A stretch of DNA of 63,535 nucleotides, counting the filler, from Octopus bimaculoides (lineage: Eukaryota), in the NCBI RefSeq assembly GCF_001194135.2. It is 5 parts of 5 records of this genome, joined end to end, with 100 filler letters (N's around TTAATTAATTAA, not from the genome) between each part and the next. Parts side by side here need not be neighbours in the genome. Positions count along the whole stretch, not along the records: positions 42,192 to 63,535 come from NC_068991.1; 4 more parts are not named here. One strand, 5' to 3'. Both the position numbers and the translations under genes were made by a program. Positions 51,639 to 62,084 of this stretch are shown one piece after another (within the stretch, counting starts at the first letter, position 1; every line of letters starts with the position of its first letter). The notes under the pieces were generated by a model. It was given only the letters and a program-made list of their open reading frames with translations. It had not been told where the DNA came from and made no database searches.

Positions 51639-53607
51639 CAGACAGGTAGGTAGGTAGGTAGATAGATAGATAAAGATAGATAAATAGATAGATAGATAGA
51701 TAAATAAAGAGAGAGAAAAGGGAATAGAGAAAGAAGTGATGTGGTATGTTTGGATTTGAAACAAAACAGAACAGCAAAACAATAAGATAAGTTAANNNNN
51801 NNNNNNNNNNNNNNNNNNNNNNNNNNNNNNNNNNNNNNNNNNNNNNNNNNNNNNNNNNNNNNNNNNNNNNNNNNNNNNNNNNNNNNNNNNNNNNNNNNNN
51901 NNNNNNNNNNNNNNNNNNNNNNNNNNNNNNNNNNNNNNNNNNNNNNNNNNNNNNNNNNNNNNNNNNNNNNNNNNNNNNNNNNNNNNNNNNNNNNNNNNNN
52001 NNNNNNNNNNNNNNNNNNNNNNNNNNNNNNNNNNNNNNNNNNNNNNNNNNNNNNNNNNNNNNNNNNNNNNNNNNNNNNNNNNNNNNNNNNNNNNNNNNNN
52101 NNNNNNNNNNNNNNNNNNNNNNNNNNNNNNNNNNNNNNNNNNNNNNNNNNNNNNNNNNNNNNNNNNNNNNNNNNNNNNNNNNNNNNNNNNNNNNNNNNNN
52201 NNNNNNNNNNNNNNNNNNNNNNNNNNNNNNNNNNNNNNNNNNNNNNNNNNNNNNNNNNNNNNNNNNNNNNNNNNNNNNNNNNNNNNNNNNNNNNNNNNNN
52301 NNNNNNNNNNNNNNNNNNNNNNNNNNNNNNNNNNNNNNNNNNNNNNNNNNNNNNNNNNNNNNNNNNNNNNNNNNNNNNNNNNNNNNNNNNNNNNNNNNNN
52401 NNNNNNNNNNNNNNNNNNNNNNNNNNNNNNNNNNNNNNNNNNNNNGCCAGGACTTATTCTTTAGAAGCCTAGTACTTATTCTATCAGTCTCTATTACCGA
52501 ACCGCTAAGTTACGGGGACGTAAACACACCAGCATCGGTTGTCAAGCGATGATGGGAGGACAAACACAGACACACAAACACATACACACATACATATATA
52601 TATATACATATATACGACGGGCTTCTTTCAGTTCCACTCACAAGGCTTTGGTCGGCCCAAGGCTATAGTAGAAGACACTTGCCCAAGATGCCACGCAGTG
52701 GGACTGAACCCGGGACCATGTGGTTGGTAAGCAAGCTACTTACCACACAGCCACTCCTACGTCTATACACACACATACATGTGTGTATATATGTGTGTGT
52801 ATATATATATATACATATGCAGTCGAAACATATGTAGGTCTATTTGAGGCTGTATTTATATATCAATGTTAATTAAAGGTAATGCTAATACTACTTGATT
52901 GTAATCATCATCATTATTATTATTATTATATATAAGTGGCTGTGTGGATAGGCGCAAGAGTGGCTGTGTGATAAGTAGCTTGCTTACCAACCACATGGTT
53001 CCAGGTTCAGTCCCAATGTGTGGCACCTTGGGTAAGTGTCTTCTACTATAACCTCAGGCTGACCAATGCCTTGTGAGCGGATTTGGTAGATGCAAACTGA
53101 AAGAAGCCTGTTGTATATATATATATCTATAATAGAAAACACCTTGCCCGAGATGCTGTGCAGTAGGACTGAACCCCAAATCATGTGGTTGAGAAGCAAA
53201 CTTCTCAACCACACAGCCATGCCAGTGCTTCTCCCTTTTCTTCTGCAGAACAGTTATTTCTAATAGATGGCACTTCTGCAACACTCCATGTGCTATTTGC
53301 TTTCGTCTAATTTTTTTTTTCTCCATGTTTTTCTCCTTGTCTCCGTATTCTTTCTGTTGAAGAGCGTAGCTCGAAACGTCAAAGACTTTCCGTATTCCCG
53401 AGCGTCATACTAATATATACTTTTGTTATTTACACCACCTGTCCTTAATTTTTTTTTTCTCCGTGTTTTTCTCCTTGTCTCTGTATTCTTTCTGTTGAAG
53501 AGCGTAGCTCGAAACGTCAAAGACTTTCCGTATTCCCGAGCGTCATACTAATATATACTTTTGTTATTTNNNNNNNNNNNNNNNNNNNNNNNNNNNNNNN
53601 NNNNNNN

Positions 53608-53681
<74 letters not shown>

Positions 53682-56600
53682 CCCCCAACATCACTTGACA
53701 ACCGATGCTGGTGTGTTTACGATGATGATGACAAGGATGATGATGATGATGATGATGATAAGAATGATGATGATGATGACAAGAACAACATTAGTGATGA
53801 TGATGGTGATGATAATGACGACAATGATGACAATGATGATGATGATGATGACAACAACTTTCAGACTGATGATAGTAATGTATGAGAGTGATCTATAACC
53901 ATTTTTGTTTTTTTACCTTATCTTCTGTAGTAAGGTGATTAAACACCAAATCAAAATTTTCCTTGAATGTCTCTTTTACTAATCTCTGGCACATTCTAAA
54001 AAAAGAGAAAAAAAAAAAACATTTAAAGTCATTAAGCCAGGTAAGTCAATCAGCACCACAGCTACCTGCCTACTGGACACCTTACAGTTCTCGTTTCCTG
54101 GTTTGTTGAATTGATAAACCAATTAGACATTAATAATTAGCTGTAGGAGTGGCTGTGTGGTAAGTAGCTCGCTTACCAACCACGTGGTTCTGGGTTCAGT
54201 CCCACTGCGTGGCACCTTGGGTAAGTGTCTTCTACTATAGCCTTGGGCTGACCAAAGCCTTGTGAGTGGATTTGGTAGATAAAAACTGAAAGAAGCCCAT
54301 CGTGTATATATAGATTTAGACAGTTAAACAGACACAGCATGGTGAACATTATGATAGGAACTTACAACTAAATAACCTGGATTCATTAGAATGAAGTGTC
54401 TTGGACACAGACACAGTCCAATGAACTATACTACACTGTGATATCTCTTTACAGCTAGATAGACAGGGCTGTTGACAGTCAATTCTCAACAGGGACACAA
54501 CACTAACTATACCACATTGTGGTACCTACTTACAGCTAGGTAGACTGAACTATTGACAGTTAATTATTTTGATCAAGGGCACAGTGTAATAACTATACCA
54601 CATTGTGGTACCTACTTACAGCTAGGTAGACTGGNNNNNNNNNNNNNNNNNNNNNNNNNNNNNNNNNNNNNNNNNNNNNNNNNNNNNNNNNNNNNNNNNN
54701 NNNNNNNNNNNNNNNNNNNNNNNNNNNNNNNNNNNNNNNNNNNNNNNNNNNNNNNNNNNNNNNNNNNNNNNNNNNNNNNNNNNNNNNNNNNNNNNNNNNN
54801 NNNNNNNNNNNNNNNNNNNNNNNNNNNNNNNNNNNNNNNNNNNNNNNNNNNNNNNNNNNNNNNNNNNNNNNNNNNNNNNNNNNNNNNNNNNNNNNNNNNN
54901 NNNNNNNNNNNNNNNNNNNNNNNNNNNNNNNNNNNNNNNNNNNNNNNNNNNNNNNNNNNNNNNNNNNNNNNNNNNNNNNNNNNNNNNNNNNNNNNNNNNN
55001 NNNNNNNNNNNNNNNNNNNNNNNNNNNNNNNNNNNNNNNNNNNNNNNNNNNNNNNNNNNNNNNNNNNNNNNNNNGGTACCTACTTACAGCTAGGTAGACT
55101 GAACTATTGACAGTTAATTATTTTGATCAAGGGCACAGTGTAATAACTATACCACATTGTGGTACCTACTTACAGCTAGGTAGACTGAACTATTGACAGT
55201 TAATTATTTTGATCAAGGGCACAGTATAATAACTATACCACATTGTGGTACCTACTTACAGCTAGGTAGACTGAACTATTGACAGTTAATTATTTTGATC
55301 AAGGGCACAGTGTAATAACTATACCACATTGTGGTACCTACTTACAGCTAGGTAGACTGGGCTGTTGACACTTAAGTCTCTAGGACATAGACACAGTCCA
55401 ATGACTGTACTATATTATGTTACCTAGTTACAGCTGGATGAATTCAACTATTGGCAGTTAAGTGTTTTGTTCATAAATACACAAAAGCAAATGATACCTA
55501 TAGAGCTAGACAGATCAGCCTATATAAGGTTCAGTGCTTGGGTCATAGATTCAATACAGTGAACTATAAAGCATAGTCATACTTATATCAGCTCGGTAGG
55601 CTGCACTGTTAGCAGATAGGTGTGTTGGTCATGGACATAGTTTAGTGAAGTTATACTTTACTGCAGTATCTACCTACTTAAATGCTAGGTGGACTAGGTC
55701 ATTGATAGCTAATTATCTTTGCTATATAGACACAACACACTTCTTTGCCAGATCACAAAATACTGATGTAGTTTGTTACCCTCTCATCTGAGTAGCCACA
55801 ACACTTTTCATCTTTTATTTTTTTTACTTGTTTCACTTATTTAACTGTGACCTAGCTGGAGCACACCCTTGAAAGGTCTTAGTCAAACGAATTGACCCCA
55901 GTACTTACGTTTTTAAGTTTTATATTTATTCTATCGGTCTCTTTTGCCAAACCACTATGTTAAGGAAACATAAACAAACAAACACTGGTTGTCAAGTGGC
56001 AAGGGGAGACAAACACAGACACAAAGACACGCATATATACTATGGGCTTCGATACAGTTTCTCCCTATCAAATTCACTCAGAAGGTAAGGCATTGGCTGG
56101 TCTGGTGCTATAATAGAAAACACCTTGCCCGAGATGCTGTGCAGTAGGACTGAACCCCAAATCATGTGGTTGAGAAGCAAACTTCTCAACCACACAGCCA
56201 TGCCAGTGCTTCTCCCTTTTCTTCTGCAGAACAGTTATTTCTAATAGATGGCACTTCTGCAACACTCCATGTGTTATTTGCTTTCGTCTTATTAGTGTAC
56301 TTACTTGAAAAGCCATTCTCGATCACTGTCATCAATTAATCTGTCGTAAAACACTCGCATTATTTCATGTACCCACAATCTAGAAAACAAGAAAAAAAAA
56401 CAAAATAAAAAATATTAAATTTAAATTTTAAATATGTTAATTTCAAATTGAAGATTCACCAGTTAACTTACAAGATGTGGAATTTTTGAGAGCAGAGTGG
56501 GTGTTGGAAAAGATGTCAGATGATAGAGACAGAGAGGCAGAAACAAGTACCTTGCTGTAGAGGAGGTACATGGTTACTTGGCAAGAGAGAGATAGAGATG

Positions 56601-58030
56601 GGGGGGGGGAACAAAGAGAGAGAGAGGAATGTATTTAATGTTAGATCTGGTGAACCAGAGAGCAAAGAATGATAACCAGAACAACACAGACAGACAGAAA
56701 CCAGTCTTAGGGATCAATATACCTGATAAACATTTTCTTGTTTTCAAGTTCTATCTTCTTGATGAGGCACACTCCATATATGACTCTAGAGAAATCTCGC
56801 AGGTTGAAGACATAGTGTGACTTAGCTGGAGTTGGTAACAAATGAATCATAGCATTCTTATAAACCTCCATGGTCGCACTGACAGCCATGTTTCCAATCC
56901 CAAGATATTCAGTGCCAAACTCTTCTGCCTGTAGTGAAGGAAAAAAAAAAAAGTTAATGAACTAGGTGCAGGTGTGACCATGTGGTAAGGAGTTTGCTTC
57001 CCAGCCATATGGTTCCAGGTTCAGTCCCACTGCATGGCACCTTGAGCAAGTGCCTTCTACTATGGTCTCAGGCCAACCAAAGCCTTGTGGGTGGATTTGA
57101 TAGACCAAAACTGAAAGAAGTTTATTGTAAATATAAGTGTGTGCATGTGTGTCTTAACCATTAAGCAAACTAAGCACGTGCTTAGGGCATCAAGGGAAGG
57201 AGGGGGGCACCACAGAAATGGTAAATGGTTTATGGCACAAAAGAAATCACTTTACACTTGCTAAAATAATATTCGGGATGCCTTTATCTCTACTAAGTAT
57301 AGATGCAGATGTGTTACCTAAGATTAATTTTGAGGAACTGATCAAAGACTTTGCAATTCAAAAAAGTAGGAGGAAACTTTTCAAATATAAATAAAGTGGA
57401 AGTATACAAAAATAAACATTGTTTTCCCTCTTACTGTTTTCTTTCGTTTTGAAAAAAAAAAAATTATTTTATGGTTTGTTATTGTTTATATTTTGAACTA
57501 CATAATCTTTTATGGGGGCATCTGAAGAATTGGTATGAAATGTAAGAGAGGGAGCCATGATGACAAAGAAGCAGGATGGCCAGTAGTGAGCAGTTTCCAA
57601 GAATATCTACCCACCTCAGTGAAACTGAGCTCCTACACGCCTCTAGATACTCTCCTCATCTCCCTAACTGTTGCTCTTCCATCAAATCCCTTTTCTTACG
57701 ACCCAGGAAGACATTGCTTTTGTGGGCAACAGCTGGTGCGTCTTTCCAAGTGATGTGAAAATTGTATGATGCTAATGTACAAAGTGTGGCATTTGCAGCG
57801 CATTGAGTTAAGTGAACATGCGTGAAAGCTCAAAACTATGTGATGTGTTTGGATCGCTGGATGTCCATGACAATGACACATGGGCGATGGGGAAGAAGTA
57901 GCATGAAAGATGGAAGACTGCACTGAGACATGGGCATGTGATGCGAATGAAGGATGACAGTTGAGCGATGAAGTGTCAAGCAATCCAAGTGGAAGGATCC
58001 AGTTGATATGGTAAAAATAGATATAAAATG

Positions 58031-58068
<38 letters not shown>

Positions 58069-58244
58069 ACAATCATTCACTGCTATAATCAATGCTGCTT
58101 CAGTAAACAGATATCAACCAAATATCACTGTTGTGACATTTCCAAATCAAAACACATACAGTATAAATATATATCAATTACATTACATATCTATATATTT
58201 CTCACTTTGAACTGTCTATATCACTTTCTCTGTCTCTCTCTCTG

Positions 58245-58296
<52 letters not shown>

Positions 58297-61200
58297 GAAA
58301 TTATAGATATTAAATTATATACATTAAAAAGCCTCACTGTGTGTCAAATAAGAATGTAAACATATTCTTTCAATGTTGCAGATGTGAAGGAAGAAGAGTT
58401 AGAGAATCTCCTGAAAGGCTGTTTTCGCAGTTTGCTGGCTGCTCCTCAGAGGATTTAGAAGTAAATCCTTATATTTAATAAGTTTTATTTCATATTCTAT
58501 ATGGCGTTTAAAATCCATGCTTGTGATTTGTAGCATAAGTACAAGTATTTTGTTTGTATATTCCCAAACAGCATTAGTCTTTATTTTTTAAGGTTGTTTG
58601 ATGCATTCAGAAGTAGTGATCCTACTTTCAGCCGTTGAAACCATACTGTTATATGACAGGCAACTGATGTGGGGAGTCCCTGGATGTGTTAAACATGTTT
58701 CTGTTTCACGTTAGGAAGGGCATCCAGCTGTAGAAACTCTGCCAAATTAGATTGGAGCCTGGTGTTGCCATCCGGTTTCACCAGTCCTCAGTCAAATCGT
58801 CCAACCCATGCTAGCATGGAAGGCAGACGTTAAACGATGATGATGATGATGATGATGATTAATGTCTCTGTTCGTTGTTGCTGCCCTGTGAAATATTTTT
58901 TTCCTTAGGTTGTTTGGATATTTGAAAGAATGTTATATGTGCCAGATATAAATTTTTTTTAATTGGAATATACAATTTCCAAAATAGTTTAAGATCAGAA
59001 AGCTGTTACATCATCATCATCATCATCATCATCGTCGTCATCGTTGTTTAGCGTCCGCTTTCCATGCTAGCATGGGTTGGACGATTTGACTGAGGACTGG
59101 TGAAACTAGATGGCTACACCAGGCTCCAATCTGATCTGGCAGAGTTTCTACAGCTGGATGCCCTTCCTAACGCCAACCACTCCGAGAGTGTAGTGGGTGC
59201 TTTTACGTGCCACCGGCACGAAGGCCAGTCAGGCGGTACCGGCAACGGCCACGCTCGAAATGGTGTATTTTACGTGCCACCTGCACAGGAGCCAGTCCAG
59301 TGGCACTGGCAGCGGTCTCGCGTGAATGTCTTTTCACGTGCCACTGGCACAGTTGACATAAATCATTGTTATCATTGCTGTTACTATCATTTTAGCATTT
59401 ATATTGACATGTTTGCATGGGTCAGACAGAATTTGTGGAGGCTGATTTTTTTTCTGTGGTCAAAAATCAAAAAATAAAGAAGGAAAAGAAGAGAAAAGAG
59501 GCAAAATGAGGTGTCAACTTACTCGGAGGTATGTGGACATCAGTGTTGAAAATATTCTCACCATCGAATCCTCGCTGAATGGATTCATTGCGACAATGTT
59601 GAAATGACGTAGAAACCTTGGGGTAACATCACAGCGAGCACCACCTGGAGGACCCATGGCAGCGAGAAACTGGATATCTTTTAGGATAAGTTTAGAAGTA
59701 TCTTTCAGATCATACCTGTAAGAAATTAAAGTAGGCTCTATATCACATTCACGACTGACACTATTTGGCATTCACCATGGTGACAGGCCAAATTCAGTAC
59801 TGACCAATAACACAATCAGAACTTGTGATCATTCTAGACCTGTTGACCACACTGCCCCTGCTCCCTGCTAATCAATCCCTTTATGCCACCCTGATCACCT
59901 GGCCATGCTGGAACTTTCACAGAAAGTAAAATAAATGAATAAACAAATGAGTAAAGCAAATGAAATTAAAATGCAATGCAAAAAAGCTTTCAAATGCATG
60001 GTTTTCTGGTAAGAAGCATGCATCCCAATAACATGATTCCGGGATCAGTCCCACTGTGTGGCACCTTGGGCAAGAGTCTTCTACTATAGCCTTGGGCTGA
60101 CCAAAGCCTTGCAAGTGGATTTGGTAGAGGGAAACCGAAAGAAGATCATCATGTATATATATATATATATATATATATNNNNNNNNNNNNNNNNNNNNNN
60201 NNNNNNNNNNNNNNNNNNNNNNNNNNNNNNNNNNNNNNNNNNNNNNNNNNNNNNNNNNNNNNNNNNNNNNNNNNNNNNNNNNNNNNNNNNNNNNNNNNNN
60301 NNNNNNNNNNNNNNNNNNNNNNNNNNNNNNNNNNNNNNNNNNNNNNNNNNNNNNNNNNNNNNNNNNNNNNNNNNNNNNNNNNNNNNNNNNNNNNNNNNNN
60401 NNNNNNNNNNNNNNNNNNNNNNNNNNNNNNNNNNNNNNNNNNNNNNNNNNNNNNNNNNNNNNNNNNNNNNNNNNNNNNNNNNNNNNNNNNNNNNNNNNNN
60501 NNNNNNNNNNNNNNNNTATTACTCCTTCTATGAGGGTTTCAATCTCACCAATGTCCATGGTCAAAAAACTGTCGCAGTAGTTCAATAGGGGGTTGAGCTC
60601 CATACACTTCTTTAGCGGGCATGTTCATATCGTCAACAAATATGATGGCTGTTTTACCAATTAGTGGGCCAAACACTCCTCTCCTTCTCTTGGCAAGACT
60701 TGTCATGATAATGGTCTGTTGGATAATAATAACAGTAACAATAATATTAATAATATTAATAATAATAATAATATTAATAATAATAATAATAATAATAATA
60801 CCAAAATGGGCTGATTCCTACCTAGCTCAGATACCAGGAACCCCACAAAATGATGGAAATTCAAAAGAACTGCCCATATCCTGTGTAAAATACTGTCTAT
60901 GTAATCTCAAATTTTGAAACAAACTCGTAAGTTTCTTATGTTTTCTTAAACATTCGCTAGAACAATACTGTGTGCAAATCCAAATATATGACACCCTAGG
61001 CATAAAACCAGCATGAACTTCTAACTTGTTGTCTCTTGAGGTCTCTGGGTGAGACTTGGAGTCAATTTGTACAAATGCAAGGCAAAAGTCAAACATATAA
61101 TAATAATAATAATAATAATAACAATAATCTTTTCTATTATAGGCACAAGGCCTGAAATTTTGTGGGGAGGGGCTTGTCGATTACAGAAAATATTAAGAAA

Positions 61201-61945
61201 AAATATACACATCATTGTTTTGATTCTCACTGTTCACCATGCATATAGTGATTTATTACCAGTTAGAAAATATCAGCACAGATCAGTAAACACTTTCTTC
61301 ACTAAAGTTATAAAAAAAGTGATTAGATTCTAGTTAGATTCATTAGTTTGGGGCGCCTTTGGTTGATGATACACAACAATGTCAAAACACCAGCTGTCCC
61401 AGAATCCCTTGTGCTAATAAACTAGGTGTTTTATGAACACGCATTTGTCTGACAGGAGAAATTATTTTCCATTGACAAGCTACAACAGTGATTAGAATAT
61501 TCCCATTCGAATCTGCTGAAATGAATTACAAATGGAAAAAGTATATTAGTTGAAAAACAAAGAAGGACATCTGGCTGTAGAATGATGAATCAATAAGTCT
61601 CGTCCAACCCATGCCAGCATAGAAAAATCAGACATAAAAACAATGACAACTATGACAATGGTAGTGGTGGTGGTAGTGAGGATGATGGTAGTGACAATAC
61701 AAATTTCAGAATGATGATGATGACAACAAATTCAATCATCATCATCATTATGAAATTTCAAATGGTTAAAAAAACAAGAAATTTAATCATTTTTTCTCGG
61801 TCTCACCTGAACTTGATTGGCAGAAGTTTGAGCAGAGAAGTTCAGAAAAGTCGGAATGTATTTCTCTTTTGAAATTCCTTTCATCAGCTTATCTTGGACA
61901 TAAGAGCTCTTCCCTGTCCCCGTAGGGCCAACGAATAATATTGGC
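42375..61945 (-). CDS. DNAH12: Axonemal (inner-arm) dynein heavy chain, DNAH12-like; partial spliced gene, 9 internal exons (AAA3 to AAA4)
   Basis: Nine manually delimited exons, all with AG acceptors and GT donors. Phases are compatible and they join into 1393 nt (1 + 464 codons) with no stop. Motifs: AAA3 Walker A GPTGTGKS, Walker [61 protein letters not shown]4 P-loop [14 protein letters not shown] and [11 protein letters not shown]. The assignment to DNAH12 rather than DNAH3/DNAH7 rests on recalled diagnostic segments ([38 protein letters not shown]) and needs a phylogeny. Confidence 0.85.
43490..43640 (-). mobile_element. SINE 5' part (antisense)
   Basis: Reverse complement of the ...GGTTCAGTCCCACTGTGTGATACCTTGGGCAAGTG...AAAGCCTTGTGAATGAATTTG family. 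Confidence 0.8.
45562..45775. mobile_element. Tc1/mariner-type MITE (214 bp) inserted into a SINE
   Basis: 29-bp TIRs CAGGGTGGCCCAAAAGTAGGTTTACAGTT match at 26/29 positions; TA duplication on both sides; AT-rich noncoding interior. Confidence 0.9.
45970..46562 (+). mobile_element. Two tandem (GAT)n-tailed retroposon copies
   Basis: Two GTTAGGAAGGG.ATCCAG.TGTAGAAAC...CAACCCATGC.AGCAT.GAAA...(GAT)n units; the second ends 37 bp from the exon 8 donor. Confidence 0.85.
46599..46791 (-). CDS. DNAH12: Dynein HC exon 8 (193 nt): [64 protein letters not shown]
   Basis: Acceptor ctctgcag, donor gtaatt; AAA4 P-loop GVGGSGRQS and EWREDxK. Confidence 0.94.
47005..47350 (+). repeat. Degenerate 17-bp minisatellite (consensus about TTAGACACAGGTGTGGC), about 20 units
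   Basis: TTAGA(C/T)(A/G)CAGGTGTGG(C/G) recurs with a period of about 17 and runs into a SINE head. It is followed by 3 copies of the 13-mer CACCCTGGGTAAG at 47401-47439. Confidence 0.8.
48366..48544 (-). CDS. DNAH12: Dynein HC exon 7 (179 nt): [59 protein letters not shown](R)
   Basis: Acceptor atccag, donor gtaaga; conserved LMFGDY, DEYN and MxLVIF; 59 codons + CG. Confidence 0.92.
48655..48800 (-). mobile_element. Short Penelope-like terminal repeat
   Basis: Reverse complement of the GAAGAG.GTAGG.TC.AAACGTAAAAGAC family at 13270-13410. Confidence 0.55.
48865..49065 (-). mobile_element. Penelope-like terminal remnant with a minimal hammerhead-like core
   Basis: Minus strand CCGATGAA-GGGATAT-AATAA-ATATCCT-A-GAAAC-AGCT-GTA at 48970-48931. 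Confidence 0.5.
49821..50192 (+). mobile_element. Non-autonomous Helentron/HINE (DINE-1-like) element
   Basis: Sub-terminal inverted repeat ACCTCTGCC (49843) / GGCGGAGGT (50183); terminal hairpin TACCTCC...GGAGGTA; (CAAA)n near the 3' end; sits between (TAA)n tracts. Confidence 0.5.
52447..52760 (-). mobile_element. SINE (antisense), same family as 31505-32112
   Basis: Reverse complement of the head GTGGCTGTGTGGTAAGTAGCTTGCTTACCAACCACATGGTCCCGGGTTCAGTCCC and body. Confidence 0.85.
52935..53115 (+). mobile_element. SINE 5' half
   Basis: GAGTGGCTGTGTGATAAGTAGCTTGCTTACCAACCACATGGTTCCAGGTTCAGTCCC...GAAAGAAGCC, ending in (TA)n. Confidence 0.85.
53310..53569 (+). mobile_element. Tandemly duplicated short Penelope-like terminal repeat (about 138-bp unit x2)
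   Basis: Two near-identical units containing TTGAAGAGCGTAGCTCGAAACGTCAAAGAC, differing at only a few positions; the second is cut by an N-gap. Confidence 0.6.
53917..53995 (-). CDS. DNAH12: Dynein HC exon 6 (79 nt): [26 protein letters not shown]
   Basis: Strong T-tract plus tttag acceptor, donor gtaaaa; 1 nt + 26 codons restores the frame into exon 7; fits the expected AAA3-AAA4 linker. Confidence 0.85.
54140..54305 (+). mobile_element. SINE 5' half
   Basis: GGAGTGGCTGTGTGGTAAGTAGCTCGCTTACCAACCACGTGGTTCTGGGTTCAGTCCC...GAAAGAAGCCCATCG. Confidence 0.85.
54380..55740. repeat. 86-bp tandem satellite with a homogeneous core and degenerate flanks
   Basis: GGTACC recurs at 54521, 54607, 55075, 55161, 55247 and 55333 (period 86 on each side of the gap). 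Unit: GGTACCTACTTACAGCTAGGTAGACTGAACTATTGACAGTTAATTATTTTGATCAAGGGCACAGTGTAATAACTATACCACATTGT. Confidence 0.9.
56305..56379 (-). CDS. DNAH12: Dynein HC exon 5 (75 nt): [24 protein letters not shown](K)
   Basis: Long T-tract plus ttctag acceptor, donor gtaagt; conserved LWxHExxRVFYDRL; phases match both neighbours. Confidence 0.92.
56723..56928 (-). CDS. DNAH12: Dynein HC exon 4 (206 nt): [68 protein letters not shown](R)
   Basis: Acceptor cactacag, donor gtatat; conserved [20 protein letters not shown]; 68 codons + AG. Confidence 0.93.
56965..57125 (+). mobile_element. SINE 5' half, beside the exon 4 acceptor
   Basis: GGTGCAGGTGTGACCATGTGGTAAGGAGTTTGCTTCCCAGCCATATGGTTCCAGGTTCAGTCCC family. 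Confidence 0.82.
57155..57525 (+). mobile_element. Internally deleted hAT-superfamily element
   Basis: 57293-57394 reads [33 protein letters not shown], typical of the end of the hAT dimerisation domain. The left end is TTAACCATTAAGCAAACTAAGCACGTGCTTAGGGC. Confidence 0.55.
58709..58858 (+). mobile_element. (GAT)n-tailed retroposon, left arm of an inverted pair
   Basis: CGTTAGGAAGGGCATCCAGCTG...GTTAAACGATGATG. Confidence 0.88.
59009..59350 (-). mobile_element. (GAT)n-tailed retroposon, right arm of an inverted pair
   Basis: Reverse complement of the same family, a longer copy. Confidence 0.88.
59523..59715 (-). CDS. DNAH12: Dynein HC exon 3 (193 nt): [64 protein letters not shown]
   Basis: Acceptor ttacag, donor gtaagt; the first G completes TGG (W) from exon 2; conserved AMGPPGG and RFLRHF. 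Confidence 0.93.
60549..60715 (-). CDS. DNAH12: Dynein HC exon 2 (167 nt): [55 protein letters not shown](W)
   Basis: Acceptor ccaacag, donor gtgaga; AAA3 Walker B FVDDMNMP and [11 protein letters not shown]; 55 codons + TG. Confidence 0.93.
60801..61126 (+). mobile_element. Severely 5'-truncated R4/Dong-like copy (3' UTR plus (TAA)n)
   Basis: Collinear with the reverse complement of 26062-26370 (GGGCTGATT.CTACCTAGCTCAGATACCAGGAA...CCCTAGGCATAA...GTCTCTTGAGGTCTCTGGGTGAGACTT); both flanks are (TAA)n. Confidence 0.88.
61807..61945 (-). CDS. DNAH12: Dynein HC exon 1 of window (139 nt): [46 protein letters not shown]
   Basis: Acceptor tcttccag, donor gtgaga; contains the AAA3 Walker A motif GPTGTGKS; 1 nt + 46 codons. 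Confidence 0.93.
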
Positions 61946-62084
61946 CTGGAAGAAAAAGACAAGTTAAAACAAAAAAAAAAAAATGATCAAAACCCCAAAA
62001 TATAAGATTATAATTTATTCAAATATTAAGCTCATCATTTAGGATAAAAGACATTTTTTAAATATTTACACTTACAAAAGCCAT

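Noticed and set aside
54521-55370. 86-bp periodic array (and the 33-bp array at 13579) as a CRISPR
   Set aside because: There are no unique spacers and no cas genes, and the context is eukaryotic. These are head-to-tail tandem repeats.
1387-60603. Long ORFs in the supplied track (for example 19721-21229, 4881-5702, 16786-17502, 49191-49829)
   Set aside because: They stay open only because they run through N-gaps and (TA)n, (CA)n or trinucleotide repeats, giving YIYI, HTHT or poly-residue translations. They have no protein homology.
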